64,000 nucleotides of DNA, taken from Lobosporangium transversale (lineage: Eukaryota). How positions within the stretch are numbered: position 1 is the stretch's first letter; every line of letters begins with the position of its first letter. Below the pieces are notes generated by a model. It saw only the letters and a program-made list of their open reading frames with translations. It searched no databases and had not been told where the DNA came from. The position numbers and the translations under genes are program-made. Location of the stretch: NCBI RefSeq assembly GCF_002105155.1, contig NW_019028982.1, forward strand, positions 434,001-498,000, in the 5' to 3' direction. Positions 44,232-58,487 of the stretch are shown piece after piece.

Positions 44232-45065
44232 GTCGATTTAATTTCAGTCTTTTATCGTAGCGAGAAATATGAAGACGTCTCCTGAGACCATACTTCTTGC
44301 CTCCTGGTTCATTCTCATGTCGCTCTCTGTTTTTTCATTATCCTCGGGTTCAATTTTTTTAGGGGTCATTCTATCATTTATTTTCAACAAACACTGCAAT
44401 ATTTTTGTTAACACAACAATCGATCGTTTGAAACATTTTGTAAATTATTTAGGCACAAGTATTGTTAATGGCGAAGAAGTGGCCATTAAATTGGAGTCCA
44501 TCAAAGCAAAGCATCCACAGCTGGAATATGAGGCACGAGTATATAAGACATTGGCGGGCGGAATCGGCATCCCTTTCATCCGCTGGTTCGGAACGGAGTG
44601 CGATTATAATGCTATGGTGATGGATCTCCTCGGACCAAGTTTGGAGGATCTGTTCAACTTTTGTAGTAGAAAGTTTTCGCTAAAGACTGTTCTTTTGCTT
44701 GCCGACCAACTGGTATGTCCCCTCCTCTTTTTTTTTTATGCTTGTAATACTCCTTTCCGGCACAGCTCTAGCCTGCATGTTCATCAGCAACGGAATGGAG
44801 CTATTGGGAATACCAAATGTTCGATTATTTTGGACTCAGATATTTCAGATAATTTCTTTGTTGTCTAAAGAAAGCATAATCTGATTGGTTATCATTACTC
44901 ACTATTGAACGTACATAGATCTCACGAATTGAATATATTCACTCCAAGAACTTCATCCATCGTGACATTAAACCTGATAACTTCTTAATGGGTATCGGTA
45001 AGCGTGGAAATCAAGTTTATGTGATTGACTTTGGTCTGGCCAAGAAATACCGTGATCCGAAGAGC

Positions 45066-45097
<32 letters not shown>

Positions 45098-45686
45098 CCT
45101 GACAGGAACAGCTCGTTATGCAAGTATCAATACCCACTTGGGAGTCGGTATGTGTGTATTTTTTTTCTTTAGCTTTTTCGCTTTTGTGTTTTGTTGCGCT
45201 ATGATGAATGAAGCCTATTTCTCACTTCACTCTTGCTGATGGTCGCTTATATATATATATCTTCTGTTTATAAAAATCAACAGAACAATCACGCCGTGAT
45301 GATTTGGAGTCTTTGTCATATGTAATGATGTACTTCTGCAGAGGCTCATTGCCTTGGCAGGGATTAAAAGCTGCGACCAAGAAACAAAAGTACGATCGCA
45401 TCATGGAAAAGAAGATGACTACTTCAACCGACATACTATGCCGTGGTTTCCCTCAGGAATTTGCTATCTACCTGAATTATGTTCGTTCACTTCGCTTTGA
45501 TGACAAACCTGACTACTCTTATTTGCGCAAGCTGTTCCGCGATCTGTTTGTCCGTGAAGGCTTCCAGTACGACTATGTCTTTGATTGGACCATTTACAAA
45601 TATGTATGTATCAACTGTTCTGCCAATCATGGCGACGATTTTTGTTAGACGAGCGATCATAATATTTCGGTCCTAATTAATTTACA

Positions 45687-45720
<34 letters not shown>

Positions 45721-46532
45721 GGAAAAGGAGAGCACACGCAGTCAGCAGATGGCGATGCAGCAGCCTCAGGTCCAGCAGCAAGTACCTCCACAACAGGAGC
45801 CTGTAAGGAGATATATATTCACTACGTTTTTTTTCCCTTTTTTTCATTTTTTACAATATTGACTGATTTGTAATTGTGGATTTATAGAAGTACCAGACAT
45901 ATTACCAGCAACCTGTGAGAGCATTGAGGACCGATCAGCAAGATATGACTTCCCAGCCAGCCATACCCATCATGCATGAGCAGCCACGCCGTCGCCTTCA
46001 GGTTCCTCCTCCGCAATCTCAAGGGATGCCTCAGTCAGGACAGGATCAAGGCAACGATCCACGAGTAAACCCATCGGACCGAATGTAAGTTTAGAGTTTA
46101 GATAAATACATGTTTCTTCGTTAAGGAAAAGCTACGATGGATTTTTATATAGTGCTTCGTGCTCAAAAGCATGCATACCCTCTCCCCAGCAAAAGGCAAT
46201 GAAACACTGATTATTTCTGGAACAATGGCAAAGTAAAGACAACATTCAATAGCCCTGCAAATGTTGTCGGCTCCAAAGCTCTACTGGGCTAGGGTCGGGA
46301 AAACATTTTATATATATATATATATTTTAAGCTCCTCAACCGGTGCCATCAAGGCTGAGAATGAATAAGCTCATCTATACGACAATCAACAGCCAATGTG
46401 CTCTTTCAATCACCTTTTTTTTTTTGTGATTGGCGACATACACGGACGTGTTTAGGAATTCGATTACCAAATTAAGCACATAAACTCACATTACTATTCT
46501 TTGTTATTTACTTTGATAGGTATCAGCATTGA
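43654..46532 (+). CDS. HRR25: Casein kinase 1 (Hrr25/Hhp1, CK1 delta/epsilon type; multi-exon)
   Basis: [74 protein letters not shown]; Gln/Pro tail; last micro-exon ends at TGA 46530-46532. Confidence 0.95.
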
Positions 46533-49159
46533 GCTGATGTATAACGGGAGGAGGATGAGAAGAAGGGAGGAAGAAGGAAAAGTCTGTTCTTTGAGGAGAA
46601 AACATCATCCAAGCAAAATGCCTTGAACCTGCCACCACGGCATTTTTCTTTTATTTTCTTATATATATATATATATATTTTTTTTTTTTTCTGCTAAAGA
46701 TCCATTTCAGCAAGAAACCTCTTTGAAGGATTATGGAGGTGTATCACAAGCATATCTCATTACTGCTGCCATTATCATTTATACAAATGGGGTCGCGGAC
46801 ATCACATTCATATATATACACATGGACACACAAACAACTTTAAGAACAGCAATCATCATCGGCAGAACAAAACAGATGGCAGAAAGACACGGCCACGCGA
46901 CAAGGACGTTACATCTTTTTCATCCTCTTTTTCTTTTTCTGTACCTTCTACTCTTTGTCGCTCTTTCCTCTTATTTCTCTTTTACAATGTCTACTGCTAT
47001 TCTTCATTTTTCTTTCTTTCTTTCTTTTTTTTTTTTTTTTTTTTTTTTTTTTGATCTTTGTTTCTTGCTGCTTTCTTTTAACATTAACGACTCTAGAAAA
47101 TAAGAAAAATGCAAGTAGGAAGGAAAGACTTTGGAATGAAGAGGAAAATAATAAAGAAAAAATTAATAATAATAAATAAAATGCGGACCATTCTACCATC
47201 AATAAAAAGCATATCGTTTTAATATATTGAATGCGGTGAGTATCTTTACTAGTCGTCAAGGTGCTTTATTCGATTCAACGTGAATAGATAATAAGATAAA
47301 AAGAGATTGAAAAAGTTGACAGGGATGAAGAAGGAGGTGAGAATCTGATATATCACCGATATATGGTAATCACGGAATATGAAAAGCAACATCATCGTAG
47401 TTCGTTGGCACATGCACATGGACCCGACAACTTGGATTTTTACTTTGCTCCGCGGGCTGACAGTTGGTAAGATTTGATGCAGCGCGTCGTAAACAATCGT
47501 GGTCGAAAGAGAGACCCATGGACCTGCCATCTTCCCTTCATCCCCTACATGTGATGGATAAATTTGTTCTTCCTGTCTTCCTGCAATCTATATCCACACC
47601 CATACCACAAAGGAAAGAGAAAAGCATAGAAAGTTATTTTGCTTGAGTTGTGGGAAAAAATCAAGGTTGTTTGCTCCGGCACACTCATAATTAAGTTATA
47701 AACTTTGGTCCACTGGCGCACTTTATATAAGAAAAAGTAGTAAAGATTGATCAAGAATTAGATGGAATAAATACTCAATTGTAGGTAAATGAACATCCAT
47801 TCAAACATTAGCATGGTTTCATAACTGTTTCCCATATATATTCGCCATTCACTCGCAAGAACATGGATAGAGGATCAAATTCAATCATCCAATGATTTGA
47901 ATGATTTGGTCATTCATTTGTGCACACAATTACATTTACACGTATTTGTGTTTCTTGTCCTTGTGTTCAAATTACTGGAAAACTGGCTGGATGCGATGTG
48001 TACGTGCTTTTTATCTCGTCTATCTGGGATATGGGATTGGACATGCAGAAGGCAACTTTTCCGTACCAATTTTTTTTAATCAAGACGCATGGCTAAGCAC
48101 TTTCTTTCTGTCACGACAGCTCCATCAGACTCACACGCTCGTACAAAGACACATGTTCACATTTTCACACACATTTAAACAGAACGACTGCTTCTCTTCA
48201 CTGCTTCTTTCTTCTTCCTTATTCTTGTTGGTCTCTGTCTCTCTTTCTTTATTCCATCTTCTATTTCGAGGGCCTGTCTCAGCTCTGTTACACACTGCTC
48301 CTTTTTTTTTTCTTCACTCGTGTTTTCGTCTCCTCGTCCTTGACACGACTCGATTCAACCCTGCTTTTTTTTTTTTTTTTTTTTTTTTTTGTTTAATCAA
48401 CTCACTCTTCCTTTCTCCTTTTCTCTCTTTACTCTTCACTCTTTCCCAATCTTTCTTTCCTCCTTCTGTTCCATTCGTGTTCTATCTCGCTCTCGCTTCT
48501 TTTTATCTTTTTTTTTTTTTTTTTTTTTTTTCTATCAATCCCTCATTTCTCTTTTATCTTTCGCTCAGGGCACGTCCAAACTTCTCCTTGACTGATAGTT
48601 CTGATAGTTCTAATTCAAACAGACTATCTTGTTTTGCTTGCCTTGTGAACCTTATCCTCCCTCTCGAATAGCCACAAAAACATTTCTTCTTTGATTCTGC
48701 TTGCACTCACTCTTCACACTTTTCCCTTTTGTGTCTATCCTCTTCCTTTCTTTAGTACAAGGCAAGAAAAGAAAAGAAAAAGAAGAGACAAAATCTGTCC
48801 CCAACGCAAAGAACACATAAACAGATAGCCGTTGCTGCCAGTTGCCAAAGCAACAAAAGCAATTTAAGAGGATTTCATCAAGGCATTCAGGCATTATATT
48901 AGGGCAACCCTCTCATTGTTCTCACTCTCCCCTTTCTTTTTTTTTTTTTTTTTTTTTTTTTTTTCTCCTGCGCTTGCTGCACCTGCCCACATTTGTTCAT
49001 GTACCCTTCTCTCTGCCCTACCACAACAGCATTACGCCCCTAGTCCTTCGAAGTCCGGCCACCTTGGTGTTTATCCACAAACACAAATCATATTAATCTG
49101 TGTCACACACTTTCCCGACTCCCAGCTCCAAAGCCTTTTTTGTTCCCTTTCACTAAGCT

Positions 49160-51175
49160 ATGATCCCATATTTTCCTGCTGTATACATCGGACCCAATGG
49201 CGAGCAGTTCCCGGGATATGCCTCTCCGCAAATGGGTCTACCTTATGAACAACAACAACAACAATACCATCATTCACAGCAGCATCCTCACTCTCACTCA
49301 CGTCAACAGCACCCTAGGTCATCTATACCTTCACACCAGCATCCACACCATCCTCATCCTCCGCAGTATCCTAGCCATCAGCATCACCACCCCCGTCCAC
49401 AGCAACAGCATCCACACTCTCATCACACTCAAGGACAAGGCCAAGTCCCTATCCACGGACCTACTAGTACACCACTTTCATTTTCTGGGACAGCAGCACC
49501 CAAACCAACTCACTTATCTGAACAGTCCACATCTATGGTAATCGCCACCCCTGATATGCAGCAATTTGAGTCCTCGGTCCGGATGGAAAGTATCGGCTCC
49601 CCTAATCTATCTGGATCTTCCTCCGGTGACAAGAGTGACCAGGAAGGAGGTAAGCACAATCTCCGTAGAAATACGAGTACGGAAAAGATTAGTACCGAAA
49701 TTAATACTAGCATTGCTAGTGCTGGTTCTGGCAGCAAAAGATCTGGAGACAACGGTCATCATCGCGTTAATTCAAATCTTCAACTTCGTATAGTGCCAGA
49801 AAAAAATCATGGTCTGGCGCCACCGACGACCAAAAAATCGACAGCATCCTCAAATCGCACAGGACCTCATCAGACGTCACAACGCCCAAATCGATTGCCC
49901 AACAATAGCTTAAACTCAAGATCCCAGAGTACAGCTGTTTCTACCACAACAACAAGCCCAATCACAACCACATCAACAGTAAAAGGGATGTCGTCCACTG
50001 ACAGTTCTTCAATGGTCCCAGATACGGGTTCAGATGCTGATTCTCAATCCATAAATAATGTCAGCCATGCATCTGAGAGGAAACATAGAGAAGAAAGAAA
50101 CAGCAACGGTACTGAGCAAAAAGAACAGGAAAGAAAACAGATCAAAGATGACGGCCATAACAAGGATAACGCAGATGATGGACCCAACACAACAATATTG
50201 CCTGAACCACATTGGTCACCTTCCGTATCATCTTCCACGACCTCACAGCAACAGCAACAACAGCAACAACAACAGCCGTTTATGCCATATCATTCTCCTT
50301 ACCCTGGTCTACCTCAAAGTAGTTCACATTCAAATACTAGCCCCTTCGTATCTCCCTATCCTCATCGATCCAACCCAACGCCTCCATACTATCCTGCTCG
50401 ACAGATGCCAGGTCAATCCAAACCATACTCTGGACAACAAGGGCAGGGACCTGGTGGTGTGCATGGCCCCATGCCGCTAATACCAGGACCTGGACATCCT
50501 AGCGAGTATGGCATACATGGCCCTCCTTTCTATGGTCCCAGTCTCACCCCAATGGTTCCTTCAGCACCTGGGCCTCGTCGTCCCATGGTATATCCTAGCC
50601 AAGGCACACATCCTCCAGGGTCAAATCCAGTCTCAGTCTCTGGGGGAGCTAATGGGAGCAATGCCATTGGTACTTCAAGTACAGGAGCTGGACCTGTAGC
50701 AGGACCTGTAGCAGGACCTGGACAGTCGTACTCTGGCCCTGGGGGGTTTAATAAGCCACCTTACCCAGGCCATGGATTCCCTCCACCCGATTATTCACAG
50801 CACCCAGGCGGTGGAGGAGGCGGAGGGCCCGGAGCAGGGTACTATATGACAGCGGAAGGGTGGCGACCGATCTCTGCTAACAATGCTGGACCCGCATTAC
50901 AAAAGAAACCTAAAGAGCTAGATAAAGCCATGTGGGTAGGCAATGTACTAAACGACACCACAGTGGAAGAACTGGAAGCTATCTTTCAAGCTGAGCCCTC
51001 GGAAGCAGAAGGCGACATTCAGCATGATATCCCAGAAGTAAGTCCAAAAGAGAAACGACTCATAAAAATATCGCATGGACAGGCAATGCCTATAATGTTT
51101 TGATACAAGCAGACACAGCTTCGCATTATACAATGTCATATTGTCATATTGCTAACACGGTACCATCTCCACATA

Positions 51176-51208
<33 letters not shown>

Positions 51209-52248
51209 GAAATTAGAGTATATTCATCCTCCCCAAGTCCAACTGTGCATTTGTGAACTACTCGAGCCATGAAGCTGTTGATCGAGCGGTACGTCGGTTC
51301 CATGATCGAGAATTCAAAAACACGCGATTAGTCTGTAGGCCACGCAAGGATCCTGCTTCGTCTGAATCGGGATCGAATCGATTTCAGCAACACCAACAAC
51401 ATATTCATCAGTCAAGGCATTACCCACATCATCCACATCTACCACATACGCCCTATCTGCCGGATAATGGCATGGTGTACTATAGTCCTGATCCCCAAGT
51501 GATGTTTGCGCAACATATGGATAGCAAACCTCTTGATGATAGCAATGCACCTTCACTCTCCGTTCCTCGTCACTACAACCGCCAACAACATCCTCATCCT
51601 CACCAGCCTCATCGTAACGCGTTGGAGAACCAAGCAAGGATTGAACGAGCACATGTGGGTAGAAGCTCCATGTCTGACAGTAACTCCGGCGTTGGCATTG
51701 ATATTATAGACATGTCTATTACTGAGAGAGAATTATCACCAACTACCAACAAGCCTGGTAGTAATAGTAGCTCCAAAAAAGCACGCTCGCCATCAGCATC
51801 CAAGGATTATGCAGAAGCACGGTACTTTATCCTCAAGAGCCTCAATGAAGAAGATCTAAAGCTCAGTGTACAATATGGTCTCTGGGCGACACAGGAACAT
51901 CTCGTACCAATTTTGAATGAGGCATTTGCTGTAAGTGCAAAATAAGATTTAACGGATTGACCCCTTCCTTTTTTTTTCTTTGTTTGTTACGCAGAAAACT
52001 TTACCTCTTTTATTTTGCCAGTTACCACATCATTCGAAATGAGAGATTGGACAAAAGATGCATCGCATCCAATCAACGATTTATCGGTGGATATACTAAT
52101 CACTATCTATTTATCCTGGCCTCTGTTTGTGAAATGAGTAGAACACGAAAAACGTGTACCTTGTGTTCAGTGCGAACAGGAGCGGTGAATTTTTTGGCTA
52201 TGCTCGGTAATATAACAAAAGGTTTCCCATGGCATAGAACAGACACTG

Positions 52249-52286
<38 letters not shown>

Positions 52287-55037
52287 AACGCTTTTGTTAT
52301 ATATATTTATATATCTATAGGATGATGGACTCCATATCGATTGAAAAGGAAGCTTCTCTCTTGTCCTTGCCTGGAGAAATATGGAAGCCTGTCTTTGATC
52401 AACCCTTGTCACCTGAGATGAAAGCTGCAATGCTCGATGAGATTGAGCAAGCAGAGAAAGAAGGGCGCAAGATTACAAATGAGGAGGCGGAGGCCATTGC
52501 ACGGGCCTCTACAACTACTAAATCTTGGGGGATACGGTTTCCTATTCACTGGATCCAAGTGTAAGTTTTTTTTTTTTTTTTTTTTTTTTTTTATTTTTAT
52601 AAAAAAAAAAAGCCTACCTTATAAATAAATTACTATTAAATACTGCTCGTTTCCTGTTTCAGTCATAGAGTTCCTTTTACAAAAACAGCGCACATGCTCA
52701 ACCCTTTGTATGAAAACCGTGAGATCAAAGTATCCAAGGACGGAACGGAGGTGGCGGCATCAGTTGGTGAGCAACTCATTAAATTGTTTCAGAAGCCTAG
52801 CACTAGCAATGAAAGGAATAGTAACGACAACACGACTACAACCTCAACCGCAGCTACCACCGGTAATATCACCGCTTCTAGTATTAGTAACAGCACGAAT
52901 AGCGGTCGGCATCGTGGAAGGAGTGGAAGAAATGGCGCCGGTAGTAGACCAAATTCTGAAGCTGGAGGAAGTCGGCGGTCAAGTGTTGCTGGAGACTCAG
53001 CTTCCTCTACATTAGCGCCCCTACAGTCTCAACGAAGTGCATCATCAAGACGGTCAAGTATTATGAGCACAAGATCAGCTGGGTCGGGAGGCGGTGATAG
53101 AAGAGGATCCTTGGATCCGTCTCGAACACAAGGAAGCACTAGTGGAGGTAGCTGGTGCAATAAGAACATGGGGTCGCCACTGCATGCGTCGAACAGAACA
53201 CAATCCGGAGGCGATGGAAGCTACCCCTACTCAGCCGGCTATCGTTCATCATCACGCCATGGAGGTCATTACGGATCGCACAGTAGCCACAGCTCTAACA
53301 CGTCTCAGGGGCCCTATTCATCGGATCATTGTCCTGATCAGCAACGAACAGGTGGCTGGGGGCCTGGAAAACACAACTACCGCAGTGGAGGCCCTGGAGG
53401 ATATGGAGGGCATGGATCGATGCATCCAAGCACTTATTACCATCAGGAACGTAAAGGTGGTCATGGACCACAAAGTGGTGGTAAATATGGAGGGCGCTAT
53501 CATCCTACATCGCAAAATCATGGCAGTAGTGGAAATCCTAATGGAGGATATGATCAACATCAGCCACCATTTCATTCCTCTCACGCGCCACGGCGTAGTC
53601 ATCATCAACAACCACAGCAACAGCAGCACAGCTACTCAAACTCCTTTAGACCATCGTCGTCGTCGTCGTCTCTAACATCTCCTGGTGCAGAACAAGGATA
53701 TAGCAATAGGCATGGTTCAAATGGAGGAGGCAACAACACATCACCTGCAGGACCCGCGTCGCCAGGAAATAATATTAATTCTACCCAGCAGCAACAAGAG
53801 TACCCAGGCGGATCAAGGAGAGGAAAGAGCCCCCACTCCCAGGGAGTTCAGGCTCCAGGAGGGAATGTCCACATAATTCCTCAGCACAGCTCCAATATGT
53901 ACACAGGACAACCAGGTCTGCCGCCGCCTCCAGGCGCAGGATATCACGTACCATTCCCTCCTCACGGATATCCAGTGATGCCCCGATATATGGGATACCC
54001 ATATGTGCCTGGCCCCGGCCCATTTGTTCATGGCCCCATGGCCTGGCATCCGGGTCACCATCTAGGACATAGTGGAGCGCCTATGCCAGCAGCTGGGATG
54101 ATCCCTGGCCCACACCCCACAGCCATTTCTCCTGGCATACCCCCCGGTGAAGTACATGGAATAGGGATGGCACATGGGATGGAAGGAATGGTACCGTTGA
54201 TCGGATTTGATGGCCTGGCCTACGGGTATATCCAAGCAGAAGACATCTACCCTCAGGTAATGGGAGGATCATGAAGCAGAAGAGAAAGAATTTATTATAT
54301 TGATACATGGATTGCAGCGAATTCATTCGTATTATTTCTCTTTAACTTTTATATATAACTAGCCGATGTTTGGATACGGGTACGTCCCACATGATCCCCA
54401 TACACACGAAATAGTTGAAGTAGAAGACATGGCTGAAAGTGATGACGGCATTGTCCCAGATGAAGGACAGTCCAAACAAGAAGAGCAAGGAACAAAAGAT
54501 CCCGATGAGGACGGATCTAGTGAACGTGCAGTTGAATCATCCAAGTTGGAGGAGAGCCTTCAAGCTAACAGCTCTAATACGCCCACGCTGGCCTTAAGCG
54601 CGAATACGGATACAACGACGATGACTATTTTTACTGAAGCTGAGGTTGAGGTAGAGACAGAGATTGTAGGGGATGAGTCAATAGCCAGGCAAAACCATCG
54701 GTCACCCCGATCTGTTTCTTCATCCGCGCTCTCATCCACCTCTACATTGGCACCACCGCCAGGAAATTCTGGAAACCACAGACGACATGACAATGACAAT
54801 GACAATGACAATGACAATGACAATGAGGATAGCGATGATAAGGACAGCGAAAATGATAATGGTGGTGAAGGTGGTGAAAATGAGAATAAAGATAAGAAGG
54901 CTGAGAAGAATGGCATGAAGTCCAAGATAGTTGAGAAGGAAACATTTGTATTTGGACAGGTAACCGTAAGCGCAGTAGATGAGAAACGTTCAGGACATGG
55001 ACAGGAGATGCCGTTTGTGGGAGTCGCTAGTGAATAG
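49160..55037 (+). CDS. RRM + YTH-domain RNA-binding protein with large low-complexity regions (about 6 exons; start uncertain)
   Basis: RRM split by an intron (AMWVGNV...SIFILPKSNCAFVNY...RFHDREFKNTRLVCRPR); YTH (RYFILKSLNEEDLKLSVQYGLWATQ, VYLVFSANRSGEFFGYARM, LNPLYENREIKVSKDGTEV). Confidence 0.9.
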
Positions 55038-55367
55038 GATAGCAAAGAATTCCTTGCACATTAATTAAAATATATATATACATGTATATTTTTATAAAGA
55101 AGCCCGACCATCCTTCTTTTTATCTCTGTCTTGTTGCTCTCTTTTTCTCTTGTCTACGTCTTTTCTGGTCATCTTGCACAAATCAGGATAATCTTATTCT
55201 TCTGGAAATAAAATAGCTGTAACATTATCGGTAGACTAACTAAGCTATCACTGATTCCTTTGCTTTCCCTCACTTAGAACGCTTCTCACTCTTTTCTTTG
55301 CACTTTTATTGATGGACTGCATTATCTATTATTCACAAGTGTACCACTGTTTCTATGAATTGGGGTG

Positions 55368-57179
55368 TTAAAAAGCAGGGACGGTGATTTCGTTTGCAGG
55401 AAGGTAATACTGCATACAACTTTTGAATGTGAACTTTGGCAGGCTGGCATAGAAAGCGTCATATTTCTTGGCCAAAGCATCCTTCAAGGACCGGACGCGT
55501 TTATGGCTCTTTTTGTTGGAGAATGCCTTGTTATCAAGGTGCTCGCTATGAATCACCGACCAAGGATCTCTACAAGTAGGACCCTTGCAGGTCCTCAAGA
55601 CGTTCAACAGAGCATCCAGGCGATCTAACACATTAAAAGGAGTCTCCTCGTAAATGTTTTTCACCTGAAAGGGATCCTTTACCAAATCGTAATATTCCCT
55701 TTCACCGGTGCACCAAACTGTGTACAACAGGTTGTAGCCTTGACCAATCAACCTAACGGACTTGTAATCGTTGGTGTTGAATCGACCGATGGCATCCTCA
55801 AAGAAGGCATTGCTCCAGAATTCGACTGCGAAGGCCTCTGTAGGCTGATCCTTTCCATAGATGGCCTTGTTCTCCAAAACTGGGATCGAATGAGCATCCA
55901 ATTCATCTGGGATAGGTAGGTCCGCCAACTTCAAGACCGTAGCAGGGAAATGGGTATGTGTGGCGACAGCGCTGCTCTTCTTACCCTTGGCGATGCCAGG
56001 TCCACGGATAATGAAAGGAATGTTTGTATCCTCTTCATAAGGAGTTTGTTTCCCTGCATACATGCGATGGGTCCCTAAATGATAGCCATTGTCGGTAGTA
56101 TAGACGATGTAGGTATTATCGAGCTGCCCATTGTGTTCTAGACGCTTAATTACGCGCTCGACCAATTCATCTGTGGCTTGAAGAGATTGAAGGCGAGCAC
56201 GATATTTAGCGTCTATCCGATCAATCTCAGAGTCTGGCAATTTGGGGAGAGCACCGATCCAAGAAGGCTTGTCGTTGACATCAGGGTTGAAATTGGGTAC
56301 GCGTGGAACTTTAACGTTTTTGAATAAGCCCTCATGACGCTTTGCAGGGATAGGAGGTGTAAAGAGAACGCCAGAAGTACCATTGACCCAGACTTCATCA
56401 TGAGGAGCTGTAGGGGAGATAACGAACAAGAAAGGCTGAGATTTGTTTTGAGCCAATCCATCCAAGATAGCAATGGATTTATCAGAAATGATGTCTGTCT
56501 GATAAACACCGGAGTGAGCTTCAAGAGGTCCATCATTTGTTGAAAAGGTTGGAGAATAGAATGTATAGATATTAGGTTCAACGAGAGGTTCCCAATGGTC
56601 CTTATCGAACCCCTTGGGGGCATGCTTTAGGGTTGGAGAGACACCGTTAATAAATTTCCCAATGTAATTATTGGAATATCCCTGCTTTTGCAACCAAGCC
56701 GGAAGCCAGTTCTGATCCAGGTTCTGGGCCACGAATTTAGTGTAGGAACCTTTTAGAACCAATAAATAAAAAACAATATTAAAATAAGGCATTGATTCGT
56801 ATGCTACAATCCTATCTATCCTTTTTTTTTTTTTGCCTCTTGACATACCATGTGGAGGCGCTTCATCCGTGACGTTATGATTATGTGCAAATTGTCCGGA
56901 CCAGAGTGAGACACGGCTAGGACAACACATGGCAGTAGTGGTGTAATAGTTAGTGAACTCTGTGCCTTCATCCCGGATATATTTCTGGACCAGTGGTAAA
57001 TAGTCCAGGGAGTTCATGTGGAGGTCTTGGTCATCCGTCAAGAAGACCAAAAAGTTGGGTTTTTGATTATGGTGATCATGGCCACGTCCATTGCGATCAG
57101 AAGATTGGGATTGGACAGCAACGAGTTTCGAAAAGGAGAGGATGACTATAGGGGCCAGGAAGGCGATAGAGGTCTTCAT
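55368..57179 (-). CDS. Secreted arylsulfatase / N-acetylglucosamine-6-sulfatase-like enzyme (one 99-nt intron, 56848-56750)
   Basis: Signal peptide, KPNFLVFLTDDQD, CCPSRVSLWSG (CxPxR formylglycine motif), YIGKFING, YTTDNGYHLG, GKQTPYEEDTNIPF. Confidence 0.92.
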   Translation of the reverse strand: MKTSIAFLAPIVILSFSKLVAVQSQSSDRNGRGHDHHNQKPNFLVFLTDDQDLHMNSLDYLPLVQKYIRDEGTEFTNYYTTTAMCCPSRVSLWSGQFAHNHNVTDEAPPHGMSRGKKKKRIDRIVAYESMPYFNIVFYLLVLKGSYTKFVAQNLDQNWLPAWLQKQGYSNNYIGKFINGVSPTLKHAPKGFDKDHWEPLVEPNIYTFYSPTFSTNDGPLEAHSGVYQTDIISDKSIAILDGLAQNKSQPFLFVISPTAPHDEVWVNGTSGVLFTPPIPAKRHEGLFKNVKVPRVPNFNPDVNDKPSWIGALPKLPDSEIDRIDAKYRARLQSLQATDELVERVIKRLEHNGQLDNTYIVYTTDNGYHLGTHRMYAGKQTPYEEDTNIPFIIRGPGIAKGKKSSAVATHTHFPATVLKLADLPIPDELDAHSIPVLENKAIYGKDQPTEAFAVEFWSNAFFEDAIGRFNTNDYKSVRLIGQGYNLLYTVWCTGEREYYDLVKDPFQVKNIYEETPFNVLDRLDALLNVLRTCKGPTCRDPWSVIHSEHLDNKAFSNKKSHKRVRSLKDALAKKYDAFYASLPKFTFKSCMQYYLPANEITVPAF

Positions 57180-58487
57180 GACTTATGTTAAAAGATTAGT
57201 TAGGAAAAGGAAGAGTTTATTACTTGGCTTTGTTGCCAGGGATAACGAGGCTCGGATTCTAGTATTTATAAAAAAAAAAAAAAAAATGAAATGAATGAAA
57301 GAACATGGATTTCACTTCCATGAAACAATTATCAGATGGATTAGTCCTTGAATCCTAATCAATAAAAGCGCTTCATGACTGTATATTTTCCGAAGACTTC
57401 TTTAGGCACTGTACATGGCGTCAAGGAAGGGGGGCACGACGATGGAATACCCTTTGTAATTAATGAGCCGATCTGGTTTGTCCAGATCGCGCCATCTCGC
57501 CCAAAAATTTTTCAAATTATACTTGAACCCAGGAAAGGATAGGAACCGATAATGTAAAAAAGAGCGAGCCACAACGCAAATGATGCCTTTTATATGAAAA
57601 ATGGGTCTGCGAGCATGGCGCTATAGTCGCGAGAGCCAATTATAAAAAAGATAACTCTATTTCTCTACACGCAACATCTCTTGTCCATTAGAGCAGATCT
57701 GTTTTCAGAGACATTTTGACATTCCTTAATTTTATGGCATCATTTTCCTTCTTAATTTGCATATGTCCGCCGCATGGAGCAGTGTTGCGAAATTTAGTCT
57801 TTATTACTCTCCCACCCATATATCCAATCAGGCTAGATCCTGATGAGCTCCTTCAAGGAAAATGTCATCCGTATTGGAACCAATGTTATTTTTATTTTAT
57901 TTTAATTGATTTATTATGTCAGCGTGTGTGTAATAGAGGTTTACCACTAATCTTTTTTGCGTTCTTTCAATTTGGATAGGGAAATAGGGTCACGATGCAA
58001 GTTTTACCCTTGCTCTGGTCGAAGACAAGTGATTTTGAGTTATGAGGCTTTACTCTCTGAGACTTGAGTTTCCTTTTTTTTTCCCGTTAGTGACAGGGTC
58101 CATGCAAGGAGAAAGATTTCTCTTATTTCCGAAACTTGGTTTAATAAGAAATGTCTTTCAGATAGAGACTCATATCGATATCTCTTTTAGAGAGGTTTCT
58201 GTCAATTATAAGCCTACTACTTAATAAACCTTGTGTAATTGATGACGGAGTTACCAAAAATGGCATCGGTATGAGCCTCTACTTTCAGATACAAGTTTCT
58301 CTAGGCTCGTACCCATCCCTCTTCACTTTATAAAGGTGACAGGAAATTCCATTTCCTTTTTGAGTCACCTAAAGTGAAGGGGCTGGGAAAAAATCTTCGC
58401 TTATTAGCTGGTAGCTCAAAAAGGAAATAAATAATACACTTGAGGGAATATTCTTCCGTATATGCAAGGGACAGAACTAGTGGCTGT

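Noticed and set aside
47300..47760. Coding-looking fragment (HGPDNLDFYFAPRADSW*DLMQRVV)
   Set aside because: Interrupted by stops, with no recognisable family.
47901..48671. 256-aa Phe/Leu/Ser-rich ORF that looks like a membrane protein
   Set aside because: Arises from pyrimidine-rich promoter/5' UTR sequence and poly-T tracts upstream of the YTH gene; no ATG start or domain.
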